Origin: Perkinsus chesapeaki ATCC PRA-425
Lineage: Eukaryota > Protista > Perkinsozoa
DNA length: 46,588 nucleotides
NCBI GenBank assembly: GCA_013115145.1
Contig: JAAPAO010000252.1
Location: 1 to 46,588, forward strand
Direction of reading: 5' to 3'
Shown piece after piece: positions 20,896 to 32,874 of this stretch. Made by a program: the position numbers and the translations under genes. The notes below the pieces were generated by a model. That model saw only the letters and a list, made by a program, of their open reading frames with translations, did not search any database and was not told the DNA's origin. How positions within the stretch are numbered: the stretch's first letter is position 1; every line of letters starts with the position of its first letter.

Positions 20896-23800
20896 ATGGA
20901 TGACTTCAGGGAATACAGCGACTCTGAGATAGATGAGGAGGATCAGGTCTCCGTCCTCGACGACGGCAGCGTTGGTAGTATAAGAGCCAACGGAACATGG
21001 GTCACTTTGGGGTTTAGAGTCCGAGGATGACGATATCGAAATGAACACTAGTGATCTGGCTGAGATGGACCTGCAGAAGACAGCTGAGGTGGATGAGGAT
21101 TCCGGCGACGAGGAGGGGGAAGAGCAGGGGCCGGGGAAGACTGTTTGGGACGAACTTGGTGAGGTTCAGGGTGCCAGGGTTGGTGGGGGACTCGTGTCGA
21201 TCAGAGGAGGCAAACCCGCTGCCGGAGTCACAGGAAGAAATTGTTACGACCCTTCAAGAGAAGATCGATCGGGTTAACCAGGAGAGCCACGAAGAGGAGG
21301 AGGAACCGTCGACTGAGGAGACACCGGAGTCCTCGGAAACAATGGAGAGTGAGAAGCCTGCAGAGAAGAGCAAGCATCTTCAGACACGTAATGAGGGGGT
21401 TGGTTTGGGTGTGTCGCAAAGGTGGTGGTTCAGGTGTCGCATGGGCATCGTTGCAGTTGTCGAGGCCAGTGCTGAGGGGCTTAAATGCATTGGGGTTCTC
21501 GGAGCCTACTCCGGTCCAGAGAGATGTCATTCCGGTGGCATTGCGAGGCCAGGATGTAATAGTAAAGGAAAGGAGGGGTAGAGCAGGTGTGATAGATTCT
21601 TGCTACTGCGGAGACGGGAAGTGGTAAAACGGGAGGATTCCTCTTGCCTATAGTGGAAAGGCTGTGCCAAGCGAGTCATGTAATCCCACCTATGGAGTAT
21701 CTTGCACGCTTCAAGCTCAGGTGCGCTCTCGACGTAAGGATCCTCATACGGGTCGGATAACTGGTGGCAGAGCTGCGACGAAGGCCTTGGTACTTCTACC
21801 GACTCGCGAGCTTGCTGTTCAATGTTACAAAATGCTCCGCGATTTCACCAAGTACTCCCGGGAGCTCGAAATGCACGCTTCAAGCTGACGGTTTCAGATT
21901 CGCCCCTCTGACATCCTGTCTGGTCGTTGGTGGTTTTGACTCCCAGAAGCAAGCCGCGGAGATGCGAGCTCAGCCTGACGTAGTTCTCGCTACACCCGGA
22001 AGGATTCTTGACCTGGTACTAGGTCGTAGTAGCATCGATCGGGAATGCCGTGATCGTCTTTTGTAGCTGTTAAACTCGCCCAACGTCCACTTGGAGATGT
22101 GCGAGATTGTGGTTCTAGATGAGTGCGATAGGCTGTTGGAGATGGGCTTCCGAGATGAGTGTTTGACGGTAGTGTCATGGGTTTGGTGGCTCGGTTTTGC
22201 TTGGGATTAAAATGAATGAGGAGGGTTTGACCCGGGGATCTTTGGGTTTTAAGTCGGGAATTTCACCGCTATACCAAAATGACTAATATACTGTTGTGGC
22301 AGATTATTCAGAAGCACTGCAATCGGTCCCGTCAAACCATGATGTTCAGTGCGACCATGAACCAAGAGGTATTGCCGCCCCTTCATCCGTCCTCCACTTT
22401 CCATACCGGTCTTAGGTGCTGAAGCTTGCTAAGGTGGTGCTGTCGAAGCCGGTCACGATTGAGACCACTAAGGCCAACCGCGTGTCGCCGACTCTGACAC
22501 AGGAATTTGTAACCACATCTATTATATTCGTGAAAGTATCGCTTCGAGCTTAGATCCGCGTCACGTCAGAACAGCAGCGGGAGGCTACATTACTGGCGGC
22601 TTGCGCAAAACATTTTACGTGAGTCGCAAAAAAGGCGGAGCGAAGCTCTTAGAACATGATTGGTTTTCAGAAAGCGTTGCCTTATCTTCTGCGCGCAGAA
22701 GAAAACAGCGCACCGCATGGCAGTCCTGTTGGGTTTGGTGGCGAAGGTGAAGTTCGCCGAGCTACACGGCAACCTCAGTCAGCAGCAGCGAGTTAAGGCA
22801 CTGGCCGACTTTGAATCCGGTAAGAACTTTCTATAGCGGAGCGAAACAGAAAGTTTAGATCTGCAACTCAATGACAAATGATTGGGCGTATTAGCTGAAT
22901 CATATCAAAGTAGCTCGGCGCTAAAATATGTGATAGGAAATGCACGAGGTGTCCGAGACATGTAAAGTCTCACATGGCTACTATTAGTGATGTTGTGACG
23001 CTGCCGTATTGTGAAGTGTGGATGTGCCCGAGAGTTTTTCCTGTCCTCGTCTTCGGTGAGAAGTTATGTGCTCATTATGTAGGGAAGGCGACTCATCTCA
23101 TCTGTACGGACTTGGCGGCCCGCGGGTTGGATCTCCCTCATATCGAGACGGTCATCAACTTCGAGCTTCCTCCAGATGTTACGAAATACGTCCATAGAGT
23201 GGGCAGGTGGGGAAGATTTACGGTGGTGATTGTGTCGGGATCTGTCCCTATTAGAACGGCGAGAGCAGGAGCGTCTGGTACCAGTGTGACGATGTACACT
23301 CCTGGGGAATATAAACAGGTTAAGCACATTGCTAAGAAATGTAGTAGAGGACCTGGCGGCCGGGCGGTTGGGAAAGGATTGAGGGGCGTTAGTGATTCAA
23401 CTTATAGACTTGGTTTGGCTGTGGTAAGGAGCACTAGGTAGGGAAATGAAAACTAGAGGAAGTAGTATGGAAAGAAGTACGGTGCATTATTATTTTAAGG
23501 AGATGTAATTGTGAGAATGGTTAAGGTGGTTTTTTGAGGTTGCTTGTGACGTCGGCCTTGGAAGCTTAATGATTTGTGAGCTGTGGGCTGCCTGTAGGTA
23601 CCGCTGATGTTAAGAAGAAGAAGTCAACTGATCCTAGCAAGCAGTCCAAGGTCTTGGAGAGAACGGTCGACTCGGAGGATGTTAAGGCGATGGCCTGTAG
23701 GGCTGCTGCTGCTGGATGGGAGGGACAGTGAATGGAATGAGTTGTGTCAGTGAAAATAACGGAGAGCGAGGATAAGGTTAAGCAGATTATGGAGCAGGAG

Positions 23801-24953
23801 TCGGTAGAGAGGGAGCTGCGGTTGGCTGATGTGATGGCAAAGAAGGTGGATAATATGAAGGTAGGCATAGCTAGAGGTGTCAGAAAAATATGGTGTGCTG
23901 TAGACACATAGGAAGGAGATTGACAGGCGGCCGAGGCAGCAGTGGATTAAGAAGGGGGCCGGTGCTGAAGCCATCGAAGCTGGTACGTGTTGAGAAGGGA
24001 AGGGGGATTCGTCAGAGCGCAACTTTCGAGAACTTTCGAGCGTATCGGACAGAATAAATGCGATGGGAGATTCGGAATCGGGTGGGAGGATCAATGAAAC
24101 TCTACATTAGAATGGCATCGCGCGCGGCGCGGAATAGTGTTTGTGTTTAGCGTCTAAGGTGCCGAAGAGCAGATCCGAGAAGCGTGCGGCTAGGAAGCTG
24201 GAGGTACAGCAGGCTAAGAAGGATCAGGAGAGGGCGGAGAGGCGTCATGAAGAGGGAATGCAAAGGAGTCTTGCTAAACGGATAAGTAATATGAAAGGGG
24301 GTGCAGGTGGTAGAGGGGATATTGAGGAAATGTCGTCGTAGTTTGGGGAGCTTCACGAAGGATGTGTTGTTGTGGGAAATCTCAGGAGTTGACGATTTAT
24401 GGTTCTCGATACTTGAAATTAGCAATTTACCTTTATTTATAATTTTATATTTTCAACATCATTTCTCGTCGAGTTGAATTTCCGTCATATTTTTCATTTG
24501 CCTTATAGTTTATAGCTCACTTTCTCACTATTTTGCACTCATAGTTTCATCAGTCTATGCACGCCTTGCCGAAACCTCATTTGTTATGGATTGGATTTGG
24601 TAAAAATAGGAGTGTTTGAAAGTGTAATGGTTACTTCGAGTCTCGATAGCGCAGAGGGTTGGTGAGAAAGCTGAGCACGCTGGTGGTTGTAGGGAAGCAA
24701 GATAAGGGCGGACGCATGCGTGCTGGATTTGAGGGAGATGAGGATCGAACTGATATGGTACCTGGAGGAAAGAAAAAGGGGAACAAGAAGGCTAAGGTAA
24801 AAATGACCTCGGTGTTCGAACGTGTGCGGATTCATATACTGCATGTAGGTTTCTCGTGCGGCTCCAGCGGGTCCGGCCAAGGCCAGCAGTGTGAAGAAGC
24901 CCATTAAGAAGCAGAAGGGCCCCAAGGGGAAGTCTCGCTTTAGAAGGCGATAA
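20896..24953 (+). CDS. DDX27: DDX27/Drs1-like DEAD-box RNA helicase (ribosome biogenesis), multi-exon
   Basis: Acidic N-terminus, Q motif [27 protein letters not shown], motif [46 protein letters not shown]|TARAG and a K-rich tail ending at TAA 24951-24953. Confidence 0.9.
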
Positions 24954-25059
24954 GTGGAAGGAGAAGCCTCAACGTATTTACCATCACGTTCCTTACTACT
25001 ACGTTTCCATTCACTGAAGCAGCGATTTGCGTGTAGTAGTCCTGTGGTGGAGCAGGGGT

Positions 25060-25864
25060 ATGTCGGTTTTCGAGGGCTATGAGATTGATTGCAGAAGGCA
25101 GATAATGGAGGCTCAGGACAGGGGGGATCAACGGATGTTGGAGGAAGCCAGACGTAGGCGACTGGGGAAGGGGAAGGCTTCAATTGGAGACTATATAGAA
25201 ATGTAACATTTCAAGTGTGATGAGAAAGGAATAATATAGAAATGAGATAAGTAATATATAGAGGTTTAACGAGATCAGAATGAGATAGCAGCCAACTGAA
25301 ATTAGAAGACCTTATGGATGAAATGAGGCATAGAAATAAAGGGCAGTATTTTCAGGGACATTGGGGAGATTAGATCAGCAGGCTAGGTTGGGTTCGAAGA
25401 GGGAAGCCAAGATGGAGGCTGTAGCTGAGCTAAAGGGTCTTATAGGGGAGGTGCATATGAAGGAGGAACGCACTAAGGCAGAGAGTAGTGTTGGCTGGTG
25501 ATATTTCTATACGGAGTGATGGCTTAGCTGAGAGAAGGTCGGACTCGACGCGGCGGCTGGAAGACATAGGCCGGGCCTCGACGGCGACATTGAACCAAGC
25601 AGTGCTGAATGCAATAGAGACGGAAAGGACTGCACTAGGTGGTCTCGAGTTGGCCTAGGCTATGAGATGGGTGCCTTAGAGATAACAAGCGAGCTTGGCA
25701 GGCAAAGGGATATGTTAGTAAGGACAAGTGGTAACGCTGGAAGAGTGGGGGAGGAGCTTGCGGAGGCTCGAGGAAGTGTAGGCAGCGGTGAGGTAGTGTG
25801 GTGTAGGTGTGGTGGGCAGGTAAGGAGGATGGAACAGAAGAAAAAGCAATGCTTGGTTATGTAG
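25060..25864 (+). CDS. VTI1: VTI1-like Qb-SNARE ending in KKKQCLVM (CaaX), with no TM helix
   Basis: N-terminus MSVFEGYE is typical of VTI1. SNARE motif ETERTAL...ELGRQRDMLVRT...ELAEARGS|VRRM has Q at the zero layer. TAG at 25862-25864. Confidence 0.75.
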
Positions 25865-25955
25865 CCGCCGCCGGGCGGCGGTGATATGATTTCCTGGCTT
25901 TGAAGGTTCTGTGGTGTTTAAGGGAAGAGGGAAGTGTTGTATTAGGATTGGTTTG

Positions 25956-27315
25956 ATGGATCACGCCTGGGCCTACAGTCTGCCTGATAAATCCAAGCGA
26001 GGGTCGCCGAGTAAGCAGGCCCCGGTGGCACTGACGCCGGAGGAAGGGAAGGCCAGAGGGAGACGGAAACGGTTTTATGTTGGGTTGATCACTATTATAG
26101 ACCGCTGGGAGCGTACGTGGATGGGGAGGGGAGAAGTATACGGACTACACCATCTCAAGACCGTATGTGATGCACATGTGCGTGAGATGGTAGAGGCGGC
26201 TTCATCGACATCATGGAGAACAGGTCGCTGAATTCATGTGGGGAAATATTAAATTGATTTTGGATTTTATTGCTTAGATCTTAAAATGGCGTAAATAGTA
26301 TACTGCGTGAACGGGCTGAAATATCACACCACTTCGCATGAAAAATGGCCCAGAATTTTTTCGTCGAGTAAGAGCTCGGGTAACTGAACACGAGGGATCC
26401 AATAGAAAAGGAATTACCTCGAAATTCGCCGTACTTATCGATATCTTTGCCCGCTCAGACCGCGCATCTCTGGATGTCGCGTACTGTAGCATAGTCGGGT
26501 TAAGTCGTGATAAACCGTATATTTATCAGCTCAATACTAGTTCAGCATGGAGATTACACTCGGGTGTGCTTGGGACTAGAGATAGCTTCGGACTGGAAGG
26601 CCCTGCTTAGTGGAGTCCCGGGGTAATGGATAGTGGTTGTGCCAGGTACGTGTAGTGGAGGGTGTCTGAAGCAAGTGAGAAAGATGGCGGAGCTGAAGAG
26701 GCAGAGTTGGGGTATTAGTGAAGCCGGGAGGAAGAAGTAAGCCGATGGTAGTAGCTGTTGAAGGGACCAGCACCCTTTAGAGGCTTCTCTCCGTGTTGGT
26801 CCTACCAAATAAGGTCAGTGGCTTCGAGGAATACTGAGGACGTCGCCAAGCAGGCATCTGTGGAGTTGGCCCGAGCGCTTTCGGATCTAGTAGCATCGAT
26901 AGTTGCTTCGCGAGGGGATGGCGGTCTGTAGGAAGGAACGATAGAAGATCTGCATCACCTCTGGGCGGATTACGAACAGGATTGTCCTGGCCGTCACTTC
27001 GCCACGAATTTAGAACGAGCGTATCGGGAGGAACTGTCTTTTCGAGAGGACTTGGTCGAAGCCATGGCCCTGCTAGAGTACCCGGACGACTTTAACGGTC
27101 TCCAAAGGATCTTGATAGTCTTTACAGGTGATCGAGCACCCCCCCTTTGTTTTCCGAAGTGTCTCTCAGAGCTCTCAGCTGCTGGCTACTCTCTGGTGCA
27201 GGGCTGTTGCGGTATTCCTGAGCTACAGGGTTGCGTGGACGATGATGCCGAAGGGGGTTCCACGGATTTGCCTGGCCGATTTAAGGACCGGTTGAGGGAC
27301 CTGGCAGGCGACTGA
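25956..27315 (+). CDS. Multi-exon hypothetical protein
   Basis: Coding-like exons MDHAWAYSLPDK..., LEIASDWKALLSGVPG, TIEDLHHLWADYEQD...EAMALLEYPDDF and ...RLRDLAGD*. No recognisable domain. Confidence 0.55.
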
Positions 27316-27383
27316 TGGTTTCTACCAGAGAGCTATGGGTTGAGTTTTGCCTAGGGTATCGGTGGTGCCAGCTTCAACCTAAG

Positions 27384-28001
27384 ATGCGTTATAAGGTAAA
27401 TGCCACCGATATCATAATTGCTACTATAGTGGGGGGAGGGAGCATGCTCTACACTTGCTATCCTATACTAAGGCGACTGGAGGACCATGATAAGGTGGGG
27501 ATGGGAAAGATTCTTAGGAGGTTAACTCGAGGCCTCCTTGGCAGTTAAGAACTTTTCAAGGAACCGAATCGAAGCTATGGGTCCTGCTAGATGCCGTGGG
27601 TCATAAGGGTTTCGGCTTCACTGCGAAACTCGATTTGAAATCTCTCGGCTATGTTTCTCACGTCATTTGATTTTCCTCGATTTCTCCTGCATGTATTTAT
27701 TGTTAGTTGTTGATTGTCTGTCCCTCGTCTGGATTCTACCGTCGCCACGAGAGACTCATTTGTTGGTTGATAGAAGCGTATCCTTACTCAGGCGATACTA
27801 GAGGCCCGGAAGCGTCGATCAGAGCGTAAGGAGGCAGAGGCCGCAGCAGCACTAAGGGCCGCAGAAGGCATCGAGATGGAAGAGGACGAGGAATCCTATC
27901 CTCGACCTAGCATTTATGACCCTTTGGGGCCGCCAATCGAGCAGCCTTCTGCCTCCAGCGTATCTTCTACTCGATGGTGGGGGCGGCTTAAGTTCTGGTA
28001 G
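27384..28001 (+). CDS. Small single-pass membrane hypothetical protein
   Basis: Exon 1 is MRYKVNATDIIIATIVGGGSMLYTCYPILRRLE. The last exon is ...RILTQAILEARKRR...WWGRLKFW*. Confidence 0.6.
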
Positions 28002-28131
28002 ATGCATGTAGACGTCGTTTCTGTACTAGCCTCCTTGCGCTTACAGGGGCTTAGGGGGACAGCGATTGCGTCGGCGGTCGGGATGATTGGTGTCGTATAA
28101 CTGGTGAAGATACGTGTCAGTTTTTGCTATT

Positions 28132-30018
28132 ATGTCTGGTCCGGCCAAGAACACTATGATGGGGGCTGTCATACACTGTGACAGACGATCGGTCACAGCC
28201 TCGCCTGGCGAGGAGGGGAGCAAGAAAGCTCTATTCCCAGCCTTGGAGCTCAAGAGGGACCTGCCGTTGCCAGGTGAGGATGGATTCGTCGATGCTGAGT
28301 CCTCCGGCGGCGTGTGGGGGTTTGCTCGTCCCAGTGGCGCTCGCTATGAGGAGCTTTAGTCCACGTTACCTCGTGCAGTTCGAGATGTTGGCGACTTCCT
28401 CGGAATACAGCACCGGAGCTCCGCTTACATCAGAAGGAGACAAGTGGAGATTCCGTGTTCGCATCAGATCCGTCGGAGGTCCGCAGTGCCATCGGAGATG
28501 AAGCCTACGAGGCATTGGTGAACTGTGGAGAAGGCGGTGAGGCCGGAGGGGAGCTGAGGCTGATCAAGGTCCTCAGAGCTGGCATTTGCGGCACAGACAT
28601 ACACATGCTGAAGGGTTATGTAGACGATGCTGTGGCGGTGGACGGGAAGAGTCCGCTGATCCTCGGACATGAGTTTGTTGGTGGGCGCAGGTTCGATCCC
28701 TGGCTAGGGTATTTCTGTTGTGTTCAGGTGTCGACAGTAAGACTCACGAGAGAGTAGTGGCCGGTATTAATATCCCTTGTGGTCGTTGTCCACTTTGCAA
28801 GCGAGCTACCGAGGAGGGAGGCGAGGATCTCCTGGTCCGTCGACGAAATCATTGCCCACACCGTCACTGCATAGGGATCCACCAGTGGTCCGGTTGTCAC
28901 GCCGAATACCTGCTGGCTCCTTCTGGCAACCTGTTTAAAGTCCCCGCCTCCCTAACTGACCTCGAAGCCTGCTGTACCGAGCCTCTGGCAGCTGCCCTCA
29001 GAATCGTCGAGCAAGGCATCGTTAAGTCCGGCGATAGGGTAAGCCTTCCTTAGTCTCCTGTGTTCGAGCGTGTTTGGCCAGGTCTGCATAGTAGGCGGAG
29101 GGCGGCTCGGGCTGATGGTCGCCGAGGTGATGATGCGCCTTCCCTTGGCCAGGCGGGTGGCTTGTGGTGTCCAAGATGAGAGGGGTGTTGCTGAGCTTTG
29201 CGTTATCGGCACTGATGTTGATCGTATGCGACAAGTGTTAAGTCTGCCCAAAGGTGAGTGATGAATCCTCGATGAGCTCTAAGAGCGTAGCAGGTACGAC
29301 CTCCACTTCTGGAGAGGACCATTGCTGCTACCGAGCCGTCGTGAACTGTCCTAGCGGCAAGCCCATGCTCGTGAAGCTGGTTAGTCGGTACTGTCCCGAT
29401 TGTGCAACAGCCGGCACGAACTCTGCTGAGCCCAACTTGTTCGACGTCGTCGTTGAGTGTACCGGTAGCAGCAGCTACGCCGTCGCCTTCAATAACGCAT
29501 TGAATCTCTGCCGAAAGATGGGTAGGTCGCACGGAGAGCTTAGGCTGTGTTTGGGCAGTACTGTCAGGTACTGTTGTAATGAAGACAACCGCTTCGGCGG
29601 ACGAGGCTCCCTCCACGGACCCGGCTCTGGCCTTGGGCTCTCTCATGACCAGGTGCGTGGTTGATGAAATGAAACTGATGGGCTCACGGTGCGGCCCCAT
29701 GGGTAAGGCGGCTCTCGCTTCGCCATGGTTCTAGTGTTGCCTCTTCCAGGTGCCGGCCTTTGGTTCATCGAGGAGGCCAAGGAGGAGCCCAGTGGTAGCG
29801 GAGTAGAGTCCACGGCTTCGGAGGCCCTTCCCTTGTGTTCGGCGTGCAAGTGCGTGACTGCGGCCTATCTTCCCTGTGCCCCAACGATGCATCTCGACCG
29901 CCACATCGGTGCAGTTCTCCCTTTGTCAGAGGCTGTCCAGGCATACACCTTGGCTGCTGTCCACCACAGCCAAGGCGGTGTGGCTGGCAGAGTTCAGCTT
30001 GTAGCTGCGGAGGAGTGA
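28132..30018 (+). CDS. Zinc-dependent medium-chain dehydrogenase (threonine/sorbitol-DH-like), multi-exon
   Basis: [27 protein letters not shown]...[12 protein letters not shown], Rossmann [16 protein letters not shown] and [10 protein letters not shown], ending at TGA 30016-30018. Confidence 0.9.
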
Positions 30019-30954
30019 TCATCGATGCTTGCCTTCTACATTGTTTTTATAAACTCGCCTCACTCGGTTTTCTTTCTCCGCAATGCTCGTTTTGTAGAGT
30101 TCTTAACAATGCTCTGAAAGAGGTTCACGGCTTGAAAGGGTTCCCAGACCAATTTGGTGACATAGTTGCGAAATATCGATGCTAATGTGGTTTTTGGCTG
30201 GGTGCGGGCGCCTTTCTTCTTCTTCTTATCCCTCGGACGCGACACGATCTATGAGACCCAGCAGCTACCTTTGCGGACTTTACGACATAAGAATATTTTT
30301 CTATAATACTTCGCGTTGGCATATGGCGACTATGAGTGTTTATGGCATTTATGATCATCTTCATAACCTCGTTAATTACTGAGAAATTAACCGTAATCCT
30401 AGTTTTGCCCATCTCTAGGCACACCATCCACACAAAAGCTTCTGGCGAAGGTCTTGATTCGACCCCTTCATTTAAGTGATTCCTGCATCCTCGAGTATAC
30501 CCATCAGTCAGGAACGCTACTGAATATTTCCCCTTTCCTATTTTCTAGCCATCCCTTCACCATGTACATTTGATGACCTCCATTCAGCCATCCTCTACCC
30601 TCCCCACACCCACCCAGCAATGGGCCCTACCTACGGTGACGGTTGAGGATATAGCCAAAGCTTGTAACTCTGCAGGAGTTTTATGTAGGCACACTTCAGT
30701 TGGCCGAGCACCGCTCGAAACGGTATTGTATTGTACGCAACATATTACTAGCGAATCGCGCTATCGGAGGATACAGCTTCTCACTACCTTCGATTAAATA
30801 GTGGAAAATTTTTGATGTTGGGAGATGCAAAAAATTATTTGGAATGATGAAAATAAATAATATATCTTGATGGGATTTTCTGAAATAGTCTTTCTAGGAT
30901 GAGATGCATTTATTCCAAGACTGTTTGCAAGTAGACCGACGATCACTGTATTAA

Positions 30955-32272
30955 ATGGTCTCAGATATAAGCGGAAGATTTTCACCACTTGGTCGCCGAA
31001 TGCTTCTTAGTCTCCATTATGATGCCTCCAGTTCGGAATATAAGGTGGATGTGAGGGCCACAACGACGACTATGGAAGTGATGACGAGAAGGCTCACTGG
31101 ACAGGCCCCTAGTGATGGCTTCACCACGCCACAGAAACCCAACAGGTCATCATCGTCTGCAATGGCGTATCCTTTTCCCTACTACACGGTAACGATTGGT
31201 CATCGGGGAGTTGGGGAGTTGGAACCAACGCAAGTGCAAGGGGACGACGGTGAGGCCTTGGTTTCCCATGGGGACGCGCTTTCCTTAGCAGACCTTGCTA
31301 TTGGATGTAGCTATGGTGTTGTGGGATGGCTATAAGAGTGCCGTTAGGCACTTGTGACGATCCCAGAGAGGGCCTGTGTAAGCACGCCGCTTTGGCAGCC
31401 CGTCTGCTGTTGGTTCGAGGGCAGTCCATTGGAGGAGGCCGAGAGGAGGCATTCACTAATGAGGAAGCCAGCAGCCTGTGCACCTCTACAGTTAAGAGTC
31501 CACAAGAGAGGTAGGATTGAGCCTGCGCTGTACAGATCTTGGATGGTTCTTGGTCTCAGTGATGGCGAGGAGTCCAGGCCGCTCCGAGCCGCGAGTTCGC
31601 TATTGTCGGGTTACCATCTCTACCAAGTTGTTGTTCATCCAGCCATCACATGTGAGACACCAGAGGTGTGCTCGGTCAACAGTCGAAATGCAGGTTCCGT
31701 TGTAATGAAGGATCCCATCAAAGTTGGTGCCTCCAGCTCGGTAGCCATGGCCATATGTGAGCATCTTCGCACCGTAGTCGGAGCCTTCATGCATCCTGCT
31801 AGGTTCGGCATGTCCCGAAGGGCAGCATCAGGAGCGCTGTGAACACATAGCTTTGGCCGTGGATACTGTAGCGAGACATTCGTTCAAGAGAAGTCCTGTG
31901 GACAAATTGGCTCCGGCCAAGACCGAGAACATTGCCAGGAGGCTTGTATTTACAGAACCTATTACAGAACTGAAAGGTCAGCTACAACCTGGGGAAGATA
32001 TGCAGAGGTCCCTAGTCGTGATCGAGGATGGCGATACACGTGACCACCAAGGAGCGCGAGATGATTGCCCTTCGTCGAGCCTGAAGAGGCGGCGAGCCAT
32101 ACCACACTCATCGGCAGATTTGTCAAGCGTGGCGTTGACAGCAGCTGTGAAGCAGCGGAGGAGTCAGTGCGAGAATGTCATCGAGGGAGTTGATGATGAA
32201 AGGAGGGCTTCAGGCGGGGGAGGGCAGGCAATGCCTGGATCTTATCGGGCACTACTGCAGCAGTACTTATGA
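30955..32272 (+). CDS. SWIM-type zinc-finger protein, multi-exon
   Basis: Removing the GT-AG intron 31307-31347 joins IG-CTCDDPREGLCKH (CxCx7CxH), preceded by a YTVTI strand. The low-complexity C-terminus ends at 32272. Confidence 0.7.
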
Positions 32273-32874
32273 TGCCAATGGTATTCTATGATGAGCGTAT
32301 AATTCAGAATCATTAATTCTCTTGCAGGATTTAAGAGAGACTAGTCTTGTGTTAGTGTACTGTTAATAGCTCCCACTTGGATACGGCGAAAGCGCACTGT
32401 ATCGTTTTCCAAATCACTCCGCCGGAATGATTCCGGGCTGAAGACTCCATTATGCGAGTCTCGATTATTGTGTAATGAATATCAGACGGGTAACAATACG
32501 TGTTATAATTGAATCGTGAGGATTCGAACTCTCCTATATAGAGCAGCACCCAGATGACATAGATGGTCACTCAGGTTAACTCCTTAAGCTCCTGGTGTAT
32601 CTCGTAAGTAACCCAGTTTAGTTGATTAGCCGCTTAGAAGTCAAGCCACTGCACTCAACGCATCGCCGTGGAAGTCTTTGGGAAAGCTTGATCAAAAAAG
32701 CCTTCATTATTAGCCTTTTCGATAACCATTCATTCTACCTGTATCGTGCCGTACTCAAGTTGATAAGTTGCCTTAATATAAAATTTGATAATCGAAACCC
32801 ACTGTTCGCTACGCTTGTGTGAAGTGTAGGATCAAGAAGGTTTCACAAACGCGATATAGTGTAACTCATGACCT

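Noticed and set aside
22216-22285. tRNA-like A/B-box similarity on the minus strand within a DDX27 intron
   Set aside because: None of the cloverleaf stems pair and the box matches are weak.
30050-30800. Possible small minus-strand gene (INTHSRHMPTR, SRPRDKKKKKG)
   Set aside because: Candidate exons could not be joined in phase, and a competing plus-strand ORF is equally plausible.
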